Assembly (NCBI GenBank): GCA_965223345.1
Contig: CBDCWG010000012.1
Location: 1,120,001 to 1,184,000 of the forward strand
Reading direction: 5' to 3'
Length of the DNA: 64,000 nt
Origin: Nitrospinales bacterium
GTDB lineage: Bacteria; Nitrospinota; Nitrospinia; Nitrospinales; VA-1
Part shown: positions 25,585-36,124 of the stretch, in pieces
Position numbering within the stretch: position 1 is the stretch's first letter
Layout: each line of letters starts with the position of its first letter
Program-made: the position numbers and the translations under genes
Notes under the pieces: model-generated
Database searches by the model: none
Told to the model about the DNA's origin: nothing
Seen by the model: the letters and a program-made list of their open reading frames with translations, nothing else

Positions 25585-28161
25585 TCACGCGCCCAGGCTG
25601 CGCAGGGTGCGGATGGGTTTGTTTTTCAAAACATCGAGACTGCTCAGGATGCCGGTGAGCGTGGTGCCGAGCACGGTCAGCACGATCGCCCAAAGCAGGA
25701 CGCCGGGGTAGGGGTGCCAGCTCGCCTTGACCAGGTATTTCATCACCGCCCAGGACAGGGCGGCGGAAAGCCCGACTCCAAGCAGGCCCGCGACCGCGCC
25801 CAGCGTGGCGTATTCGATGCCGAGAATCCGCGCCACTTTTCCGCGGCGCGCGCCCAGGATCTTGAGCACGGCGGATTCTTTCATCCGCCTGAATTTGGTG
25901 GAGGCGACGGAGCCCGACAGGATGAACAGGCCGGCGAGGATGCTGAAGCCGGACATGAAATCGACCAGGGTCTTGAGTTTTTCCACCACCGTTTCGACGG
26001 TGTTGACGATGTCGCTGGTGGAAAGCACGGTGACGTTGGGCAGCGCATCGACCACCGCCTGCTGCAGCGCGATTTCCTTGTCATCCGGCACGTGCACGGT
26101 AGCCACATACGTCACCGGTGCGCCCGCCAGCGCGCCCGGTGAAAAGATCATGTAAAAATTGGTGCGCATGTTGCGCCAGTTGACCTTGCGGATGCTGGTC
26201 ACCGGCGCCGAGACCTGGATGCCCTGGATGTCCATGGTGAGCGTGGAGCCCAGCGTCACGCCCAGCCGGCGCGCCGCGTCCTCTTCCAGCGAAACCTGCG
26301 GCACGGACGCTTCCGCCTCGCTCCACCACGTGCCCTTGACGATCGTGTTATCCTTCGGTGGCGAGCCCTCCATATAGGTGAGCACGAAGTTGCGGTTGAT
26401 GAACCATTCCTCCTGTTGCTGGTTTTTATACTGCCAGTTGGCGGCTGTTCTGCCGTCGGCGCTGTGCAGCTTCGATCGCACCAGCGGCACCACGTCCCGC
26501 TTGGCCTCCGGCGACACGCTGTCGATGATTGCGATGAACCGGTCCTTCTGGTCGGACTGGATGTCGATGAAAAAATAATTGGGCGGGTCGATCTCGGTGT
26601 TGGATTTCAACATCGCCAGCATGTCCATCTGCACCAGACGCACCGTGAGCACCAGCATGATGCCCATGCCGATGCAGGTGATGATGGACACGGCCTGGTT
26701 GTTGGGCCGGTACAGGTTGGCGATGCCGTAGCGCTGCGTCATGCTGCGCGCCGGCGGCAGTTTTTTCAGCCCTTTTAAAAGCAGCGCCGACACGAAGCGC
26801 AGGATCAGCGCCGACACGGCGAGGGCGCAAAGAAACACCGCGCCGCGTTTGAGCGAACCCGCCTGCCAGAAAATCATCGCCGACAACCCGGCCAGCATGA
26901 ACGCGCCCATCCACAACCGTTCCCTGCGCGAGCCTGCGGACAGTTCCTCTTCTTCGAAATTGCGCCGGAACAGACGCAACGGCCGGGTCTGCACCGCTTT
27001 TCTCAACGGCCAGAGACAGAACAGCAGCGTCGTGACCATGCCCAGGGTCAGGGACTGCAACGCGGGAAGCCAGTAGAACTGCGGCTGAATGTCCACGTTC
27101 AGCAGCCCCGCCAGTTGCGTCGGCAAAAGATACATCACCGCGTAACCGATTCCCAGGCCGAGCAGGCTGCCGATGAAGCCGAGAAACAGCGACTGGATGA
27201 GGTACACGCGGAACACGGTGGAAGATGACGCGCCGACGCAGTTGAGGATAGCGATGGTGTCCAGCTTGCCCGCCATGAAGGTGCGGATGATCATGGCGAC
27301 GCCGATGCCGCCCATGATCAGCGCGATGACGCCGACCGCGCCGAGATACTGGCCGATGCGCTCGATGGAGTCGTTGAGCGAAGACTGCACGTCTTTGTAG
27401 CTGCGCACCCGCAGCGATTTGTCGGTGAGGCCGCGTTTCAAAATCGCCATCCCCAACTCGAGTTCCATGTCGTCGGGCAGTTTGATCAGCGTCTGGTGGC
27501 GCACGCGGCTGCCGGGGCGGATCAGCTTGGCGGCCTTCAGGGTGGCGCGGGATATGAAGATGCGCGGCCCGATGCTGAACGCCCTCGAGATGCGGTCCGG
27601 TTCGGATTTCACGGTGGCGTTGATGGTGACGGTTTGATCGCCGACGCGAAACGTGTCGCCGATGGCAAGTCCCGTGCGCAGCAGGAAACCCGGTTCGACG
27701 ACGGCGCCGTTGTTCGCCAGCAGCGCACTCAACGGAGCGGCGGGCCGGGTCTCCAGCTCCCCGTACAACGGATACAGGGGCGGTGCGGTGGGCACGGATT
27801 TGAGTTCCACCAGCAGCGAGCTTTCCTTGCCCGCTTCGGTCGGGTGGGCGTAGCGCGCCATCGCGTCCAGCACCTTGACGAACACGAACTGCGTTTCGGG
27901 AGGCAGCGCCTCTTTTTGATATTGGAGGTCCTTCTCGTTCTGCTCCCAGCTTCCCTTGATGGCGATGTCGGCGGCGAGCAGGCTTTTCGATTGTTTGCTG
28001 ACGGTGTGGTCCAGAAGCGCCGAGAGGCTTTGGATCAGCATCACCGCGCCGACGCCGATGGCGATGCACAGGATGAAAAACGCGAACCGCCGCCAGGCTC
28101 CGCGAAATTCGGAGAGCACCAGGGCGAGGGTTTGCGATGCGCTGAGTTGAGAGGGTTTCAT
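25585..28161 (-). CDS. ybbP: YbbP-like FtsX/MacB-family ABC permease
   Basis: Duplicated FtsX architecture; PPNYFFIDIQ and RKVNW..MRTNF motifs; adjacent to ybbA/tesA. Confidence 0.85.
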   Translation of the reverse strand: MKPSQLSASQTLALVLSEFRGAWRRFAFFILCIAIGVGAVMLIQSLSALLDHTVSKQSKSLLAADIAIKGSWEQNEKDLQYQKEALPPETQFVFVKVLDAMARYAHPTEAGKESSLLVELKSVPTAPPLYPLYGELETRPAAPLSALLANNGAVVEPGFLLRTGLAIGDTFRVGDQTVTINATVKSEPDRISRAFSIGPRIFISRATLKAAKLIRPGSRVRHQTLIKLPDDMELELGMAILKRGLTDKSLRVRSYKDVQSSLNDSIERIGQYLGAVGVIALIMGGIGVAMIIRTFMAGKLDTIAILNCVGASSSTVFRVYLIQSLFLGFIGSLLGLGIGYAVMYLLPTQLAGLLNVDIQPQFYWLPALQSLTLGMVTTLLFCLWPLRKAVQTRPLRLFRRNFEEEELSAGSRRERLWMGAFMLAGLSAMIFWQAGSLKRGAVFLCALAVSALILRFVSALLLKGLKKLPPARSMTQRYGIANLYRPNNQAVSIITCIGMGIMLVLTVRLVQMDMLAMLKSNTEIDPPNYFFIDIQSDQKDRFIAIIDSVSPEAKRDVVPLVRSKLHSADGRTAANWQYKNQQQEEWFINRNFVLTYMEGSPPKDNTIVKGTWWSEAEASVPQVSLEEDAARRLGVTLGSTLTMDIQGIQVSAPVTSIRKVNWRNMRTNFYMIFSPGALAGAPVTYVATVHVPDDKEIALQQAVVDALPNVTVLSTSDIVNTVETVVEKLKTLVDFMSGFSILAGLFILSGSVASTKFRRMKESAVLKILGARRGKVARILGIEYATLGAVAGLLGVGLSAALSWAVMKYLVKASWHPYPGVLLWAIVLTVLGTTLTGILSSLDVLKNKPIRTLRSLGA

Positions 28162-28177
28162 GATCTCTTTCGATGTG

Positions 28178-28864
28178 TCAGGAAGACACCGGCTCCGGCT
28201 TGCTGTCGCCGACGATGGCGCCGTCTTCCAGTGTCAGGATGCGCTGCGATTTGGCGGCGATCTCCGGCTCGTGCGTGACGAGCAGGATGGTCGCGCGTTT
28301 CACGCGGTGCAGTTCCTGAATCAGTTCGAGGATGTGGCCGCTGTTTTTCGAATCCAGGTTGCCCGTCGGTTCGTCGGCGAGCACGATCTCCGGTTCGTTG
28401 ACGAACGCGCGCGCCAGGCACAGCCGCTGCTGTTCGCCGCCGGAAAGCTGGGCGGGGTAGTGGTCCAGCCGCCCGGAGAGGCCGACCATGCCCAAAAGGT
28501 CCTCGGATTTTTTGCGCGGCGACGGGGCGTCGTTGAGCTCGGCGGCCAGGATCACGTTTTCCACCGCGGTCAGCGTCGGGATGAGGTGGAAGTTTTGAAA
28601 GATGAAACCGAAGCGCCGGCCGCGCAGCGAGGCCAGTGCATCCTCATCCAGTTTCGTGATATCCTGATCGTCGATCACGATACTGCCGCTGGTGGGGACG
28701 TCCAGCCCGGCGACCAGGCTCAGCAGGGTGGTTTTGCCGCTGCCGGAGGGGCCGGTGATGGCCACGAACTGGCCGCTGGGGATGGTGAGGTCGATGCCGT
28801 TCAAGATGTCCACACGGTGGCCTCCACCGTGCAGGCTTTTTTTCAACTGACGGATCTGGATCAC
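28178..28864 (-). CDS. ybbA: YbbA/LolD-like ABC ATP-binding protein
   Basis: [21 protein letters not shown] and ADEPTGNLD motifs. Confidence 0.88.
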   Translation of the reverse strand: MIQIRQLKKSLHGGGHRVDILNGIDLTIPSGQFVAITGPSGSGKTTLLSLVAGLDVPTSGSIVIDDQDITKLDEDALASLRGRRFGFIFQNFHLIPTLTAVENVILAAELNDAPSPRKKSEDLLGMVGLSGRLDHYPAQLSGGEQQRLCLARAFVNEPEIVLADEPTGNLDSKNSGHILELIQELHRVKRATILLVTHEPEIAAKSQRILTLEDGAIVGDSKPEPVSS

Positions 28865-28927
28865 GGAACGTTTCCTTTTTGAGCGTGCGTTTTGTTTTGC
28901 GGGTTCATTCCATTTTAGTATAAAACA

Positions 28928-29593
28928 ATGCGGGATCGTTTATTCAGTTTAGCACGGAGCGCCCGCGCGGCGGCAACCGCGGCGGCCCTGGGATTGTTGT
29001 TGCCGCTGTTTCTGTTCGTTGCGCAATTATCGGGAGAGGGACCCCCTGTGATCCTGGCCTTTGGCGACAGCCTGACCGCGGGGTTTGGCGTGCCGGAAAA
29101 AGAGAATTACCCTTCGCGGCTGCAAGCCATGCTTAAAGAGCAGGGATACCCGCACCGCGTGGTCAACGCGGGGGTGAGCGGCGACACCACGGCGGGTGGC
29201 GTGCGCCGGATCAACTGGGTTTTGAAGCACAAGCCGCAGATCGTGATCCTCGCTCTGGGCGCCAACGACGGGCTGCGCGGACTTCCGGTTGCCGAAATGC
29301 GGGCCAACCTGCAAGCGATCATCGACGCCTGTGTGGCGCAGGGGGCGCGGGTGCTGCTGGCGGGCATGAAGGTGCCGCCCAATTACGGCGAGCAGTATTC
29401 GGAGGAGTTCGAAGCGGTGTTTGAGCGGCTCGCCGAAGAGAACGACCTGACGTTCCTGCCGTTTTTGCTGGAAGGGATCGCCGCCAAGCGGGAATACACG
29501 CAGGCGGACGGCATCCATCCCGAGGGCGCGGGGTACGCGGTGGTGGCGACCCAGGTCTGGGATCATCTGCAACCGATGCTGAAACCTTCCTGA
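28928..29593 (+). CDS. tesA: SGNH arylesterase / acyl-CoA thioesterase I
   Basis: GDSL, NAGVSGDTT, GANDGLRG, PPNYG and DGIHP motifs; divergent from ybbA. Confidence 0.9.
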   Translation: MRDRLFSLARSARAAATAAALGLLLPLFLFVAQLSGEGPPVILAFGDSLTAGFGVPEKENYPSRLQAMLKEQGYPHRVVNAGVSGDTTAGGVRRINWVLKHKPQIVILALGANDGLRGLPVAEMRANLQAIIDACVAQGARVLLAGMKVPPNYGEQYSEEFEAVFERLAEENDLTFLPFLLEGIAAKREYTQADGIHPEGAGYAVVATQVWDHLQPMLKPS

Positions 29594-29594
29594 A

Positions 29595-30695
29595 TCACCG
29601 GCTTTCCTGCACGAAATCCATCCACTGAGCGTGCGCCCTGCCGCTCTGCAAAACCCGTTCGGCGGATTCGAAGCCGGAAGCGAAACTTTGCGTCAGTCCC
29701 AAAAGATGCAACAGGCTTCCCGCATGGTGTGCGATCAGAGGCGCGGCGGGTCCCTGGTTTTCTTTGAGCGCGGTTTCTCCCAGCTCCGCCAGCAGGCCGA
29801 GCGAAAGCGTCGTGTCTTTCAACTCTGCGTACGCTGCGGCGACGGCGGGGGTTTCCGGATACAGGCCGCGCAGTGTGATTTTCATCGTGCGCGGTTTTTC
29901 TCCCGCCCGATCGAGGTGAATCTGCGCGTCCTTGTGCACGCCGTACAACGTGGTGCCTTCCATGCCGTTTCCCAGCACCGTGGCGTCGAACCCGCTGATC
30001 CTGGCCACCGCCAGCATGGGGACCTCATAGCCTTTGTGGAAATAGCCCGACGCGAGAAAATTGCCACCGGCGGCGGCCTCGATGGGAAACAGCATCTTCT
30101 CGAGCGTCGCCAGGATGGGGCGCTTGACGATCTCTTCGCGCAAGCTGCGCAAGCTCTCGAGTTGGGGATGGGTGTGGCGCGTGCTGAAAAAACCGAAGCG
30201 GAATTTTTTCAGCAGTTGCAGCCGTGTTTCCAGCCCCAGGTCTTCGGGCATTCCGTAGTGAGCGGTGAGGATCTTTTCGAAGGTGATGCCGGATTTGGGT
30301 GGCAGCGGCGCGCTCGAATGCCCGTAGGCGGGCAGGCCCAACCCGGCCAGAACGGGAAAGACGTACAGGCCGAAATAGGGAACCCGGTTGAAGCCGTCGA
30401 ACGGGTCGGAAATCTGCAGCAGGCGCTCGAACGGCGCCGGATGCCGGACGGTGGTTTTATCGAGCGCCCTCCAGAAACCCAGCGTCTCGGCGACGGTTTC
30501 CCGCTTCATCCGCTGGGCGATCAGAAAGGCGGCCGCCTGGGCGGGCGAGACCGAGCCCCCCAGGATCAGGCTGAGGGCGTCTTCGGCCTGATTTTCGGTG
30601 AGATCCTTGCTCATCCGGGGGCCTGCGGCCACCCGGCCGATGTATCCTTTCATCCGGTCCCGGCCGGTGGGAGCGGGGGGGTTTTGCGAGTCCAT
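29595..30695 (-). CDS. Anthranilate phosphoribosyltransferase-like (TrpD2/YbiB-type) protein
   Basis: N-terminal SKDLT..A..AL...QAAAFLIA.RMKRET helix bundle; PPKSGIT and LREEIVKRP motifs; lacks the TrpD GTGGD. Start uncertain. Confidence 0.75.
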   Translation of the reverse strand: MDSQNPPAPTGRDRMKGYIGRVAAGPRMSKDLTENQAEDALSLILGGSVSPAQAAAFLIAQRMKRETVAETLGFWRALDKTTVRHPAPFERLLQISDPFDGFNRVPYFGLYVFPVLAGLGLPAYGHSSAPLPPKSGITFEKILTAHYGMPEDLGLETRLQLLKKFRFGFFSTRHTHPQLESLRSLREEIVKRPILATLEKMLFPIEAAAGGNFLASGYFHKGYEVPMLAVARISGFDATVLGNGMEGTTLYGVHKDAQIHLDRAGEKPRTMKITLRGLYPETPAVAAAYAELKDTTLSLGLLAELGETALKENQGPAAPLIAHHAGSLLHLLGLTQSFASGFESAERVLQSGRAHAQWMDFVQESR

Positions 30696-30841
30696 AGTCA
30701 GTGAATCGTGGTTCCTTGCCATGAATTGGGGTATCATGGCATTCTGCACCATTTTCTGAAGGATGCGGGTTTTATTTGATCATCCGCAGGGCCCGCTGTT
30801 GTGCCCGGAAACGCGCCCTGCAAACGAAACGATTCCGCCAT

Positions 30842-32563
30842 TTGAACACGAGCCTGAAATCCGACCCGACGGCGTCTGTTGAACTTGCGCAACCGGTGCG
30901 TCCGGTGAACGTGCTGCTGGTCTATCCGCACACCACGGACGTGGCGCTGGCCAACCTCGGCTTTCAGCGCGTGCACACGCTGCTCAACGACATCGAAGGG
31001 GTGGTGTGCGACCGCTTCAGCCTGCCGCCGGGCTGGGACCCAGCGATGACGTCGATGCCGCCGGATGCGCTGCGGTCGCACGAACGCCGCATGCGCCCGC
31101 AGGATTTCGACATGATCGCGTTCTCCGTCTCGTTCGAGCCGGATTACCTGCACGTCGCGGCGATCCTCAAGTATTTTAACATTCCCCTCGAACGCAATGC
31201 GCGCACATCGAAGTCTCCGCTCCTCCTGGCGGGCGGGTCGGCGATTTTCATCAACCCGGAACCGCTGGCCGAGATCGTCGATGCGTTTTTCGTCGGCGAA
31301 GGCGAAGGCCTAGCGGAAGCGTTTTTCAATCTGTACACGGGCTCCGATTGGCGGGACCCGCGCGATCTGTTGCGGCGGGCCGCCGGCATCCCCGGCATGT
31401 ATGTGCCGCAGTTCTACCGGCCGCATTCCAATGGGGGCGCGTTTGCCGGTTACACGGCGGAACCGGGCGTTCCGCAGCGGGTGATGCGGCACTGGACCGA
31501 GAAAGCTGGAGATCTGTGCACGCATTCCACGGTGCACGATCCGGTCTCCACGTTCAAGGACATGGCGCTGATGGAGGTCACGCGCGGGTGCATCTGGGCT
31601 TGTCGCTTCTGCACGGCGGGCTTCATCTACCGGCCGCCGCGGGTTCCGGACCTCGACGCCACCTACCAGGCGCTGGAGCGCGTTCTGGATCAGCAGAACA
31701 GCACGATCTCCACGGTGGGACTGGTGGGGCCGTCGGTCACCGATCATCCGGACCTGATGCCGCTGGCGAAGCGCATCATGGACCAGGGCAGGACGCTCTC
31801 GTTTTCCTCGCTGCGCATGGAAACCCTGACCGACGAGCTGGTGGATCTCATCGTGCGAAGCGGCCAGAAAACCCTGACGGTGGCGGTGGACGGGCCTTCC
31901 GAGCGCATGCGCAACGTCATCAACAAGGCGGCGACGGATGCGTTCATCGTCGAGAAATGCCGGTTCCTCGCCGAGAAAGGCATCCTGCATCTGAAGATCT
32001 ACTCGATCATCGGGCTGCCCGAGGAGACCGATGCGGACATCGACAGCTTCATCGCGCTGGTGGAGCGGGTGATGCAGGTTTACGTGGAGGCGTCGCGCAA
32101 ACGCGGGCGCATCGGGCATGTGATCATCAGTCTGAGCCCGCTGATCCCGAAACCGGGAACGCCGTTTCAATGGCATCCCATGGAACCGGTGGCCAGCCTG
32201 AAAAAGAAATTCATGCGGGTGCGCAAGGCGCTGGGGCGGCAGCCGCATCTGAAGCTCAGCCTCGGATCGCCCAAAGAGGCGTATCTGCAAACTTATCTGT
32301 CGCGCGGCGACCGCAGCCTGCTGGCTTTTTTTCAGCACTACCTCGCAAACGGACACGACGCCCAGGATGCGGTGAAAGCCTTTCGCGCGAGCGCGGACCG
32401 CTTCGTGTACCGGCAGTACGGTGCGGAGGACGCGTTGCCCTGGGACATCGTCGATCACGGCTACAAAAACGATTTTCTCTGGCAGGACTATCAACGCGGA
32501 CTGAAAGAAGCGCACACGCCGGTGTGCGACACGGCCGTCTGCAAAATCTGTGGTGTCTGCTGA
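30842..32563 (+). CDS. Radical SAM protein (B12-binding-like, TIGR03960-type)
   Basis: EVTRGCIWACRFC, NPEPLA, GEGE, PKPGTPFQW and a C-terminal CxxxxCxxCGVC. Start uncertain. Confidence 0.88.
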   Translation: MNTSLKSDPTASVELAQPVRPVNVLLVYPHTTDVALANLGFQRVHTLLNDIEGVVCDRFSLPPGWDPAMTSMPPDALRSHERRMRPQDFDMIAFSVSFEPDYLHVAAILKYFNIPLERNARTSKSPLLLAGGSAIFINPEPLAEIVDAFFVGEGEGLAEAFFNLYTGSDWRDPRDLLRRAAGIPGMYVPQFYRPHSNGGAFAGYTAEPGVPQRVMRHWTEKAGDLCTHSTVHDPVSTFKDMALMEVTRGCIWACRFCTAGFIYRPPRVPDLDATYQALERVLDQQNSTISTVGLVGPSVTDHPDLMPLAKRIMDQGRTLSFSSLRMETLTDELVDLIVRSGQKTLTVAVDGPSERMRNVINKAATDAFIVEKCRFLAEKGILHLKIYSIIGLPEETDADIDSFIALVERVMQVYVEASRKRGRIGHVIISLSPLIPKPGTPFQWHPMEPVASLKKKFMRVRKALGRQPHLKLSLGSPKEAYLQTYLSRGDRSLLAFFQHYLANGHDAQDAVKAFRASADRFVYRQYGAEDALPWDIVDHGYKNDFLWQDYQRGLKEAHTPVCDTAVCKICGVC

Positions 32564-32581
32564 CCGTATCCTTCCTGTTCG

Positions 32582-33505
32582 ATGCAACTGATTCCCGTAT
32601 TCAAACCCGAAAAAATGCACAAGCTCGCACCCGAGGCGCGCTTTTTCGACATCAACGACTGGTGGTACTTCGCCAACGAGCAGGCGGTGCGCTGGCTGTA
32701 CGCCCGGCCGGTGTCGGCGAACCAGATCACGCTGTTGTCGCTGGTGCTGGGGCTTGCGGCGGCGCGTTGTTATCTGATTCCGGGCGTGGTGGGACTGGTA
32801 TTGGGGGCGGTGCTGCTGTACAGCAAGGTTTTTTTCGACAATGTGGACGGCAATCTGGCGCGCGCCCGCGGTGAGGTTTCCCGGTACGGGCGTTTTTTCG
32901 ATTCGCTCACCGATTTCTGGGTTGCGTTCGCGGTGTACGCGGCGCTCAGCCACCGGCTGACCGCGGCATCGGGGGATGCGTTTTTCTGGGCGCTGGGGGC
33001 GGTCGCGTTTTTGAGCTGCCTGCTGCACTGCTCCTACTTCGTTTTTTATCTCGTCAGCTACACCTCGCGCGTCGGGGCTTACGCGATGAACCGGCTGCGC
33101 GAGGACGTGACGGCCGAAGATGAAAAAGCCGTGCGTTCGGGAGAACTGTCTCAAGGGGTTCTGTTTCTGCAGCGGATGCACGCGCTGCTTTACGGCTGGC
33201 AGGACGGCCTGATCGAAATGCTGGACCGTTTCAGCCGCAGGCTGGCCGGGCGGTTTCGCTGGCCCGTGGAAGAGAGGACGTGGTACGCGGATAAAGTCTT
33301 TCTCTCGCTCAGCAGCCCGTTGTGCCTGTGCACCAACAACATGGTGCTGGTGGTGTTTTCCCTGATCGGTCGGCCGGAGCTTGCGTTTTACCTGATCGTT
33401 TCCCTGGGCAACGTCTACCTGATCGGTCTGCAGCTGTATAAAATTTTAAAGCACCGTTCGACGTCTCCTGATCCGGATAATCGGCTGTACGGCAGGCGTG
33501 GATGA
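32582..33505 (+). CDS. CDP-alcohol phosphatidyltransferase family protein
   Basis: SANQIT and DNVDGNLARARGEVSRYGRFFDSLTD, matching DxxDGxxAR...GxxxDxxxD. Confidence 0.9.
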   Translation: MQLIPVFKPEKMHKLAPEARFFDINDWWYFANEQAVRWLYARPVSANQITLLSLVLGLAAARCYLIPGVVGLVLGAVLLYSKVFFDNVDGNLARARGEVSRYGRFFDSLTDFWVAFAVYAALSHRLTAASGDAFFWALGAVAFLSCLLHCSYFVFYLVSYTSRVGAYAMNRLREDVTAEDEKAVRSGELSQGVLFLQRMHALLYGWQDGLIEMLDRFSRRLAGRFRWPVEERTWYADKVFLSLSSPLCLCTNNMVLVVFSLIGRPELAFYLIVSLGNVYLIGLQLYKILKHRSTSPDPDNRLYGRRG

Positions 33506-33540
33506 AGGGTGCGGGCGAGATGTTCCCGGCGTGAGATGGG

Positions 33541-34233
33541 TCAGTTGAGGCGCACGTCGGCGCCGCGCGCTTTGAGATTTTTCGAGCGCGCGACGATGGC
33601 GATTTTTTCCTGCAGCAGCGCCGTCAGGATCTCGGTGCGGCGCATCACGTCCTGTTCTTCGAGGAGGACCTGTCGCTGCTCGGCCAGCAGGTTGAGCGCG
33701 TAGGCCAGGTTGTCCACCAGTTCGCCCAGCCGCGGGAAGCTTTCCTCGCCGGGAATCTGTTTGGGTTTCTTGCCGGCGGGCAGGGCTTCGGCGTAGCGGC
33801 GCACCTGCTGCAAAAGCGCGGTTACGGCGGGAGACGGGCCGGAACCCAGCAGCACGTCGTTGCTGTCTTTGAGCGTCTCGATGGCGGCGCGGCGATACGG
33901 TTTGCCGCCGAATTCGCGCACGATGCGGAAGCGGTTCTGACCGCGCAGCACCAGATCGTATTTGCCGTCAGGAAAGCGGATGTGGTGCTCGATCATGCCG
34001 ACGCATCCCACCTCGACGATCGCAGGCGAGGCGTGATAGTTTTCCTCCCAGCCCGGTTTGAGCAGGACCATGCCGATCCGTCCTTCCCCCTCCAGCGCCT
34101 CGGAAATCATCTGCCGGTAGCGCGGCTCGAAAATGTGCAGCGGCAGATGGGTCTTGGGATAAAACACGGTCGAGGGCAGGGGAAACAGCGAAATACCATC
34201 GCCGGAGGCCGGGTTTTTCGGGTCGGGTTGCAT
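33541..34233 (-). CDS. LON peptidase substrate-binding (N-terminal) domain protein
   Basis: LFPL...P...LPLHIFEPRYRQM, VGCVG and G..RFRI motifs; no ATPase domain. Confidence 0.9.
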   Translation of the reverse strand: MQPDPKNPASGDGISLFPLPSTVFYPKTHLPLHIFEPRYRQMISEALEGEGRIGMVLLKPGWEENYHASPAIVEVGCVGMIEHHIRFPDGKYDLVLRGQNRFRIVREFGGKPYRRAAIETLKDSNDVLLGSGPSPAVTALLQQVRRYAEALPAGKKPKQIPGEESFPRLGELVDNLAYALNLLAEQRQVLLEEQDVMRRTEILTALLQEKIAIVARSKNLKARGADVRLN

Positions 34234-34378
34234 GCAGATTCACCGTTTTTCAAAGTCCGCGGGACGGCCCGCTTGGGGCCGTTTGAGGCCCTGAAAGCGC
34301 GGTTTTCGCCGTATCCAGAACCTGTGCCGGATTCCGGCATCTAAACTAGCAGCAATCGGTTCTCTTTTATAGGGTTTA

Positions 34379-34407
34379 TTGACATTCTTGCGCTAATTTC
34401 TTAGTCT
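34379..34407 (+). promoter_or_regulatory. sigma70 promoter of the ATP-grasp/Grx/KamA operon
   Basis: TTGACA-17 bp-TAGTCT, ending 12 nt before the ATG at 34420. Confidence 0.7.
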
Positions 34408-34419
34408 GCCACGAAGGTT

Positions 34420-35829
34420 ATGATCACACAGCCCGACGACAAGTTTTCCGCCATCAAATCCTTTCTCACGCAATCGGGTCTTTATGCCGACGCCGCCGCG
34501 CTTTCGCAAGCGGGCGCGCATCACTGGCGCATTTCTCCGGAACCGTATTTTCTGTCCCCCGAGGAACTTGAGTTTTTCACCGCCCTGGGCGAGCACCTGC
34601 TGAGTTTCTATGCGGCGCTGAACCGGCTTTACTGGGACAGCTTCAAGGGGCAGGCTCCCGGCTGGGTGGCCGAGTACCTGGATCTCGGCAAACCGCCGCA
34701 CCTGATCGAGATGGGGCGCATGAAGCGCTTCAAAAAGCAGCTGCCGGGCATCATCCGGCCGGATGTGATCGTGACGGAGGGCGGGCATGCGATCACGGAG
34801 CTGGATTCGGTTCCGGGCGGCTTCGGCGCGACGGCGGGGCTGATGTCGCTTTTCCAGGACGACGGCCACGCGCTGGCAGGCGAGGCCGAAGGTGGCATTC
34901 CCGCGCTGTTTTACAGGATGATCGAATCGGCCGCCGGGAGCCCCGGATGCACGCTGGGCATCGTGGTGTCGGACGAGGCTCAGGACTACCGCGGCGAGAT
35001 GGAATACCTCGCCGGTGAATTGCGCAAAATGGGGCATCCGGTGTATGCGGTGCATCCGCGCGAGGTGCTGTTCCGGGAAGAAGGGTTGTGCGTGCGCGAC
35101 GGCGAGCGCGACGTGCCGCTGGATGTGGTCTACCGTTTTTACGAGTTGTTCGATCTGAAAAATATCCCCAAATCGGAACTTTTTCTCTACAGTCACAAAA
35201 AGGGCAGAGTGCAGACCTCCCCGCCGTTTAAGACCTATCTTGAGGAAAAGCTGAGTTTTGCGCTGTTCCACCACCCCGCACTGGCGCCATTTTGGGAAAA
35301 TGCCCTGGGGAGTGAAACTTTTGCATTCCTATCTCATCTAATTCCAGAAACCTGGGTTCTGGACAACCGGGAGCTGCCGCCGCACGCGGTGATCCCCGGC
35401 TTGCGCCTCAGAGGGGCAGCGGTGACAAGCTGGAAGGAACTGTTCGATCTGACCCAGAAGGAACGGGAATTTGTGATCAAGCCCTCGGGGTTTTCCCCGG
35501 AATCCTGGGGCAGCCGCGGCGTCGTGGTGGGTCACGACGTTCCCGCCACAGAGTGGCGGGAAACGCTGGAAAAAAGTCTGCGCGCGTTCGACACGCAGCC
35601 ATCCATCCTGCAGGTGTTCCGCAAGGGCAAGGTGGTGTCGAAATCCTATTTCGACGCCGACACCGGAATGCAGCGGGAGATGAAAAGCCGGGTGCGGTTG
35701 ACGCCTTACTATTTCGTGGTGGAAGGCGCGCCGAAGCTGGGGGGCATGCTCGCAACCCTGTGTCCTCACGACAAGAAGAAGATTCACGGGATGGCCGATG
35801 CCATCATGGTTCCATGCGCCGTCAGGTGA
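34420..35829 (+). CDS. Glutathionylspermidine-synthase-like (circularly permuted) ATP-grasp ligase
   Basis: IIRPD...ITELDSVPGG, VYRFYE, EEK, IPETW, VIKPSG..SWGSRGV and ILQ motifs, in the order seen in GspS/CP-ATP-grasp enzymes. Confidence 0.7.
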   Translation: MITQPDDKFSAIKSFLTQSGLYADAAALSQAGAHHWRISPEPYFLSPEELEFFTALGEHLLSFYAALNRLYWDSFKGQAPGWVAEYLDLGKPPHLIEMGRMKRFKKQLPGIIRPDVIVTEGGHAITELDSVPGGFGATAGLMSLFQDDGHALAGEAEGGIPALFYRMIESAAGSPGCTLGIVVSDEAQDYRGEMEYLAGELRKMGHPVYAVHPREVLFREEGLCVRDGERDVPLDVVYRFYELFDLKNIPKSELFLYSHKKGRVQTSPPFKTYLEEKLSFALFHHPALAPFWENALGSETFAFLSHLIPETWVLDNRELPPHAVIPGLRLRGAAVTSWKELFDLTQKEREFVIKPSGFSPESWGSRGVVVGHDVPATEWRETLEKSLRAFDTQPSILQVFRKGKVVSKSYFDADTGMQREMKSRVRLTPYYFVVEGAPKLGGMLATLCPHDKKKIHGMADAIMVPCAVR

Positions 35830-35867
35830 GTGGTTTTTTTCATCGTAGATCGGGAAACGAAATCGCC

Positions 35868-36110
35868 ATGATCAAACTGTACAACATTGATGGATGTGGT
35901 TACTGCGCCATGGTTCGCAATGTCCTCGACGAACTGGGGCTGGAATTTGAAAAAATCGATGTTCCCTGGCCGCATCTGCAGCGCGATGAGGTCTTCCGGG
36001 TTTCAGGACAGTACACCGTCCCGGTCATGGTGGATGGCGATGTGGTCCTGGACGATGAATTCAAGATCATCGACTACCTGAAGAGCACCTATCCTGTTAA
36101 TTCCAAATAG
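35868..36110 (+). CDS. Glutaredoxin / GST-N domain protein
   Basis: 80 aa MIKLYNIDGCGYC...SGQYTVPV..DGD; dithiol CGYC motif and cis-Pro TVP. Confidence 0.9.
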   Translation: MIKLYNIDGCGYCAMVRNVLDELGLEFEKIDVPWPHLQRDEVFRVSGQYTVPVMVDGDVVLDDEFKIIDYLKSTYPVNSK

Positions 36111-36124
36111 CTGAAAGGGGCAAC

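Noticed and set aside
25585..29593. tesA-ybbA-ybbP as a novel system
   Set aside because: This is a widely conserved, previously described arrangement.
29595..30752. trpD
   Set aside because: It lacks the GTGGD/KHGN PRPP-binding motifs and has no trp gene context.
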